Shown here: positions 60,291 through 64,000 of the stretch, one piece after another
How the letters are laid out: every line of letters begins with the position of its first letter
Numbering within the stretch: position 1 is the first letter of the stretch
Position numbers and translations under genes: made by a program
The notes under the pieces: generated by a model
Database searches by the model: none
What the model saw: the letters and a program-made list of their open reading frames with translations, nothing else
Told to the model about the DNA's origin: nothing
Assembly (NCBI GenBank): GCA_018646625.1
Contig: JABGUJ010000001.1
Location: 193,534-257,533 of the forward strand
Length of the DNA stretch: 64,000 nucleotides
Source of the DNA: Candidatus Woesearchaeota archaeon
GTDB taxonomy: Archaea > Nanobdellota > Nanobdellia > Woesearchaeales > JABGUJ01
Direction of reading: 5' to 3'

Positions 60291-62420
60291 CTAAGAAGCC
60301 GCAGGCGCCAATCCTTCACAACCTAACAAATCATAAAGCTTTTTTGTATCCTCAAAATGATCAGGATCTAAAGCTAATTTCTGAAGATAACTACAACCAT
60401 TATTGTACCAACTTAAATCAGAATAAGAAACAAGTCCTGGCTTAAGAAGAAAATTAATAAAAGCTAGCTGCTGCAGAGCATAACTCTTGTAATCAGATGC
60501 TCCATAAGGCACCTCTAAAAGAAAATCATTCAATTCGGATATTGATTTATCAACAATTTCGAGAGATGGTAAATTTCCTGGAGTCTTGGGACCCCACTGA
60601 AGCAACTCAAAATAAAGAAAAGTTCTAGCATACTTTTGCCACCCAATAATATAATTAGGATCACCCGAAGGAGGAATCAGCATTTTGTTTAGACTATCTA
60701 AAGTTGTTCCCTGACTAAATGAGTGTATCTCATCTACGGAAGGAATGTACAAATTAGAATAAACCAAGCCAACATCTCCAACTAATTTGACGCATTCTGG
60801 CACTGGCTCATTATTATTTCGAGGAACAGAATGTCTCATAGCATGGATCATAATCTCATAGTTAATGGGATTATTAGTTTCAGGATCAACAAACCCTACG
60901 GAACTCTGGACAAGTTTTGCATACTCATTACACCTAATCTTTGGCCATTCATATGCAATGGCACCTTGAGATAACACCAGAAGTTGTACTTTCTTAAAGC
61001 TTAACAGTACAGAAAGCTCATCTAACCCCAGTTTTTGTGCTTTATCAATTCCTTTCGTAATAGGTGCCAAGAAACCAGTTGCATCTTCAGATACAAAATA
61101 AGAGCTATATATGCCGGTAATATTTCCATAAATAGATCTCTTATATTTTAATTTCATCGCATCACTACCAAATGCGTCATCTATTAATTTAACAAAGACA
61201 GGATCACTAAGTAGTTTAAAATACTCATCAACCGCCTTTTCGCGATCATTTAACAGTTTATAGTGTGCTCTTGCAATTGCTTCTTGTGCACGAAGTGCAT
61301 CTCTATCATACAAGATATCGCCTTTGAATTTCTCAGGATTATCAATAAACTCCCTTAATTTTTCGATCGCATCTAAACGCTCCTGAGTAGTATAACTTAT
61401 TTGATTTAGAACATCCTTATACTTAAGAACAGGATTATCAAAAGCAACTTGCAACACAATCTCTGCACGTCTCAACCAATACCAAGGATACATCTGGTCT
61501 TCTAAAATGGAAGTCTTCCCCTGAGCCTTCTGCTCCTCATAAGTTTCAAGATATAAGTTAACTATATTCAATATTCTATCCAACAATTCTTTCTTTTTAG
61601 ACTCTAAAACTGCCCCAGCCAACTCAGCTTTTAACTCGACGAATTTACCATTAAGTGACTCTAAGTTAGGATTATCGATTTCTTTTATTCTCTTTTGTAT
61701 GTGAGGTAATCCCGCCCTTTCAATTAAAACAAGAGTATTACCATCAGGATGTCTGTAAGTTTCCACGTAAAGATCTCTGGCCTCAAAATTATTACCATTA
61801 ATGAAAAGACGCTCATAATAGTTGTCCGGCAACTGATCAATTTCAACATCTGTAACATAGCCCAACATAATCTTTTCATCTCCCGCAAGAACCTCTGAAG
61901 CACTCTTTGAAAAAGACCTCACAAATGTTTTTTCACCAAGTTTATGGCATTCATAAACATCTTGATCGAGTTTCTTTTTATCATACTTAACAGCCTTTAT
62001 ACCAGGATTAGCCCATTTAATTAAACAAACACAGGCCTGCCCTCCAATACAAGAAGTAGGTCGAGGCATATGGAGAAATCCTGTCGTATCATAAGCGGAG
62101 CCAATTTCAATCTTGACAAAAGAAATAGAAATTTCATCATCGAAAGGATCAAAACCAACCAAAGCCATTCCTTTACCAACAAAAAAAGGAATCTCGGTGT
62201 ATTCAAAGCCACCTTCATTTTTTGAATATAGGTTTTCAATAGTTCCTGTAAGACGCTGATAAGAATTAACAGTTCCTTGATCAACATCACTTGACGAGAA
62301 CAAACTACCAAACAAGTTATAACCAACATAAATAGCCAAGCCTAGAATGAACCCGAAAATCATCAAGTAAGCTAATTCGGTCCAGAGCTTACTAACACCT
62401 CTTTTTTTTGAAAAAAACAC
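60291..62420 (-). CDS. Large pilin-like protein with helical (TPR-like) C-terminal region
   Basis: GTG start, MFFSKKRG|VSKLW followed by a hydrophobic helix; CIGGQACVCL; AIARAHYKLLNDREKAVDEY. Confidence 0.7.
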   Translation of the reverse strand: MFFSKKRGVSKLWTELAYLMIFGFILGLAIYVGYNLFGSLFSSSDVDQGTVNSYQRLTGTIENLYSKNEGGFEYTEIPFFVGKGMALVGFDPFDDEISISFVKIEIGSAYDTTGFLHMPRPTSCIGGQACVCLIKWANPGIKAVKYDKKKLDQDVYECHKLGEKTFVRSFSKSASEVLAGDEKIMLGYVTDVEIDQLPDNYYERLFINGNNFEARDLYVETYRHPDGNTLVLIERAGLPHIQKRIKEIDNPNLESLNGKFVELKAELAGAVLESKKKELLDRILNIVNLYLETYEEQKAQGKTSILEDQMYPWYWLRRAEIVLQVAFDNPVLKYKDVLNQISYTTQERLDAIEKLREFIDNPEKFKGDILYDRDALRAQEAIARAHYKLLNDREKAVDEYFKLLSDPVFVKLIDDAFGSDAMKLKYKRSIYGNITGIYSSYFVSEDATGFLAPITKGIDKAQKLGLDELSVLLSFKKVQLLVLSQGAIAYEWPKIRCNEYAKLVQSSVGFVDPETNNPINYEIMIHAMRHSVPRNNNEPVPECVKLVGDVGLVYSNLYIPSVDEIHSFSQGTTLDSLNKMLIPPSGDPNYIIGWQKYARTFLYFELLQWGPKTPGNLPSLEIVDKSISELNDFLLEVPYGASDYKSYALQQLAFINFLLKPGLVSYSDLSWYNNGCSYLQKLALDPDHFEDTKKLYDLLGCEGLAPAAS

Positions 62421-62432
62421 TTTGAAAATAAG

Positions 62433-62711
62433 TTATGCACAAGGCGTATCTTGCACACCATCCTTTAATTTACCAACACAGCAATAAGCTGATCCGCCCT
62501 CTATTTTATTACAACTACCCATACATTGACCCTTCGTATCACAAACAGACTTGGACACACAGTGACCCACACAAGTAAATTTGCTACCAAAACTTTTATC
62601 CGCTCTTTCACTTGCATTAAAAAAGAAGAAAGCAATTATACCTAATGCTAGTAAACCTATTATAATCATCACCACGTAACTTGTTTCTACAGCACCTTTC
62701 TTAAACATCAT
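62433..62711 (-). CDS. Small Cys-rich pilin-like protein
   Basis: MMFKKG|AVETSYVVMIII (start 62711, GAGGTG SD); C.G.CV...YCC.G. Confidence 0.78.
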   Translation of the reverse strand: MMFKKGAVETSYVVMIIIGLLALGIIAFFFFNASERADKSFGSKFTCVGHCVSKSVCDTKGQCMGSCNKIEGGSAYCCVGKLKDGVQDTPCA

Positions 62712-63078
62712 AAAACACCTCTTAACTACATGGGGATGGAATTCCAACCACTTTACCTGTACAACAATAAATTATCTTACCACTTGTCGTAGACGCCTTT
62801 CCTACAAACAAAGATTTGAATGAACCCCAAAGTCCGGATGATTCTTCAGGAGAAGGAAGCTGAATAGCATTACAGGTCCCCATACAATTAGCACAGTCAG
62901 AAATACACGAACCAGGACAATCTACTTTCGCACCTAGCTTGGCATTTGAGCCAGCACCCATATTAAATATAAAATAACCAACCAAAGCCAGCACCAACAA
63001 AGCAAGAATTACCATGACAACATAGTTCACTTCCATTGCTGCTTTCTTTGAATTCATAATAAAACACCTCTTAACTAC
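62710..63078. repeat. 20-bp exact direct repeat ATAAAACACCTCTTAACTAC at two pilin gene junctions
   Basis: Copies at 62710-62729 and 63059-63078; each contains the GAGGTG SD on the - strand. Confidence 0.85.
62722..63057 (-). CDS. Small Cys-rich pilin-like protein
   Basis: MNSKKA|AMEVNYVVMVIL; CPGSCISDCANCMGTC...YCCTG. Confidence 0.8.
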   Translation of the reverse strand: MNSKKAAMEVNYVVMVILALLVLALVGYFIFNMGAGSNAKLGAKVDCPGSCISDCANCMGTCNAIQLPSPEESSGLWGSFKSLFVGKASTTSGKIIYCCTGKVVGIPSPCS

Positions 63079-63368
63079 TATGCCGACTTAGATTTACACT
63101 CTATTGGTTTCGCTTCACTGGCTGTTTTATCTATTATACCAACACAACAATATGTATTATCGGCCGCATTTTTTGGAGAAGTACATGCTCCTTGACACTG
63201 ATCACAATCAGAAACACAGAACCCCGTACAGGTCAATTTGTTACCTATCCTATCATTCGCATCTCCGCCCATTTTAAACACAAAATACAAAATAACTGCT
63301 AAAACTAATAAAGCAATAATTATCATAATAATATAATTGATCTCAAGCGCTCCTTTTTTAAATTTCAT
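63078..63368 (-). CDS. Small Cys-rich pilin-like protein
   Basis: MKFKKG|ALEINYIIMIII; CTGFCVSDCDQCQGAC...YCCVG. Confidence 0.8.
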   Translation of the reverse strand: MKFKKGALEINYIIMIIIALLVLAVILYFVFKMGGDANDRIGNKLTCTGFCVSDCDQCQGACTSPKNAADNTYCCVGIIDKTASEAKPIECKSKSA

Positions 63369-63380
63369 AAAATCATACCT

Positions 63381-63677
63381 CTACGACGCACTAGTCTCAA
63401 AAAACTGACACTGCATCGTTAACAACGTATTTGACTTATTCTCCTGGAAACAAAAACAACCCTCCCGCCTACATTGGGCTCTACAGTTAGCAAGATCATT
63501 ACCTTCATGCTCAATACAGCCTTGCCTAAGCGCACCATCCTCAAGTTTATCTATTTTATCGGGAGCCTTTTCAAATAAGTAAGAATAAATAAACCAAATC
63601 ATTAAACCTAAGAACAAAAGACCTATGAGCCAACGAATAACCTGATCTCTGGTAACTGTTCCCTTCTTGCCTCTCAT
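63381..63677 (-). CDS. Small pilin-like protein
   Basis: MRGKKG|TVTRDQVIRWLIGLLFL; Cys-rich C-terminus. Confidence 0.75.
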   Translation of the reverse strand: MRGKKGTVTRDQVIRWLIGLLFLGLMIWFIYSYLFEKAPDKIDKLEDGALRQGCIEHEGNDLANCRAQCRREGCFCFQENKSNTLLTMQCQFFETSAS

Positions 63678-63679
63678 TT

Positions 63680-63958
63680 TTATTTATTACAACAAACAGT
63701 TGCAGTGCCTCCGCTTTTTGAACAAGTAAACTGTCCGGATTTAGGATTGCCGCCAATACATAAAGTCGATGCAGCAACACAAACATTATTTGTACCTGGC
63801 AACTCACATTCGTTAGTAAAAGATTTTTCAGTTGCGTCTGCACCTTCTCTCCAAGTAGTGAACTTACCAGCAAAGATTGCAACTATAACAACCAAAACAA
63901 TTAGTCCAATAACCGCAACTATAATCATGTTTAAACTTAATTCAGCATCTTTATTCAT
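63680..63958 (-). CDS. Small pilin-like protein
   Basis: MNKDA|ELSLNMIIVAVIGLIVLVVIVAIF; Cys-rich C-terminus; GGTGA SD. Confidence 0.78.
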   Translation of the reverse strand: MNKDAELSLNMIIVAVIGLIVLVVIVAIFAGKFTTWREGADATEKSFTNECELPGTNNVCVAASTLCIGGNPKSGQFTCSKSGGTATVCCNK

Positions 63959-63968
63959 TCTTAATCAC

Positions 63969-64000
63969 CTAGTCAGCGGAATCATCATCTGCATTATCGT
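63969..64000 (-). CDS. Probable 3' end of an upstream gene (…DNADDDSAD*)
   Basis: TAG stop abuts the SD of the next gene; too short to verify. Confidence 0.35.
   Translation of the reverse strand, partial: DNADDDSAD

Noticed and set aside
63571..63882. 103-aa alternative-frame ORF
   Set aside because: Overlaps two better-supported pilin-like genes on the same strand
48395..63958. Provirus or conjugative element as the explanation for the lytic enzymes
   Set aside because: No capsid, terminase, integrase, relaxase or VirB4 is visible; the enzymes carry pilin or secretion leaders. Sequence beyond the window could change this.
1..64000. Stop-codon recoding, inteins or programmed frameshifts
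   Set aside because: Recognisable genes are full-length in the standard code; no intein motifs seen in Cdc48 or RadA

Overview
Gene-dense, AT-rich archaeal chromosome segment. Markers are gatD/gatE, radA, Cdc48, RPA, TATA-box promoters and class III signal-peptide pilins; the gene repertoire fits a DPANN (Woesearchaeota/Nanoarchaeota-like) organism, which is an inference. Housekeeping genes include cdc48 (5'-truncated), gatDE, truD, tRNA-Arg(CCT), a glmU-glmS-HAD-glmM operon, radA, rpa and thiI. Notable accessory content: (1) a ~15.5-kb same-strand cluster of pilin-like (class III signal peptide) proteins and neighbours, several carrying cell-wall-hydrolase-type domains (SLT lytic transglycosylase, two duplicated NlpC/P60-like, C39-like peptidase, degenerate Amidase_3-like), with a Cys-rich membrane partner gene after each of the C39 and NlpC/P60 genes. 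This is the best candidate for an undescribed contact-dependent cell-wall attack apparatus. (2) A complete hydG-hydE-hydF [FeFe]-hydrogenase maturase operon. (3) A bacterial-type classical mevalonate gene cluster. (4) A class I LysRS-like paralog lacking the anticodon domain, between TRAM and ASCH genes. (5) An H1-like basic protein. (6) Phased 10-bp repeats in a divergent promoter. No CRISPR array, integrase or transposase was seen. All calls are by eye from motifs; no searches were run.
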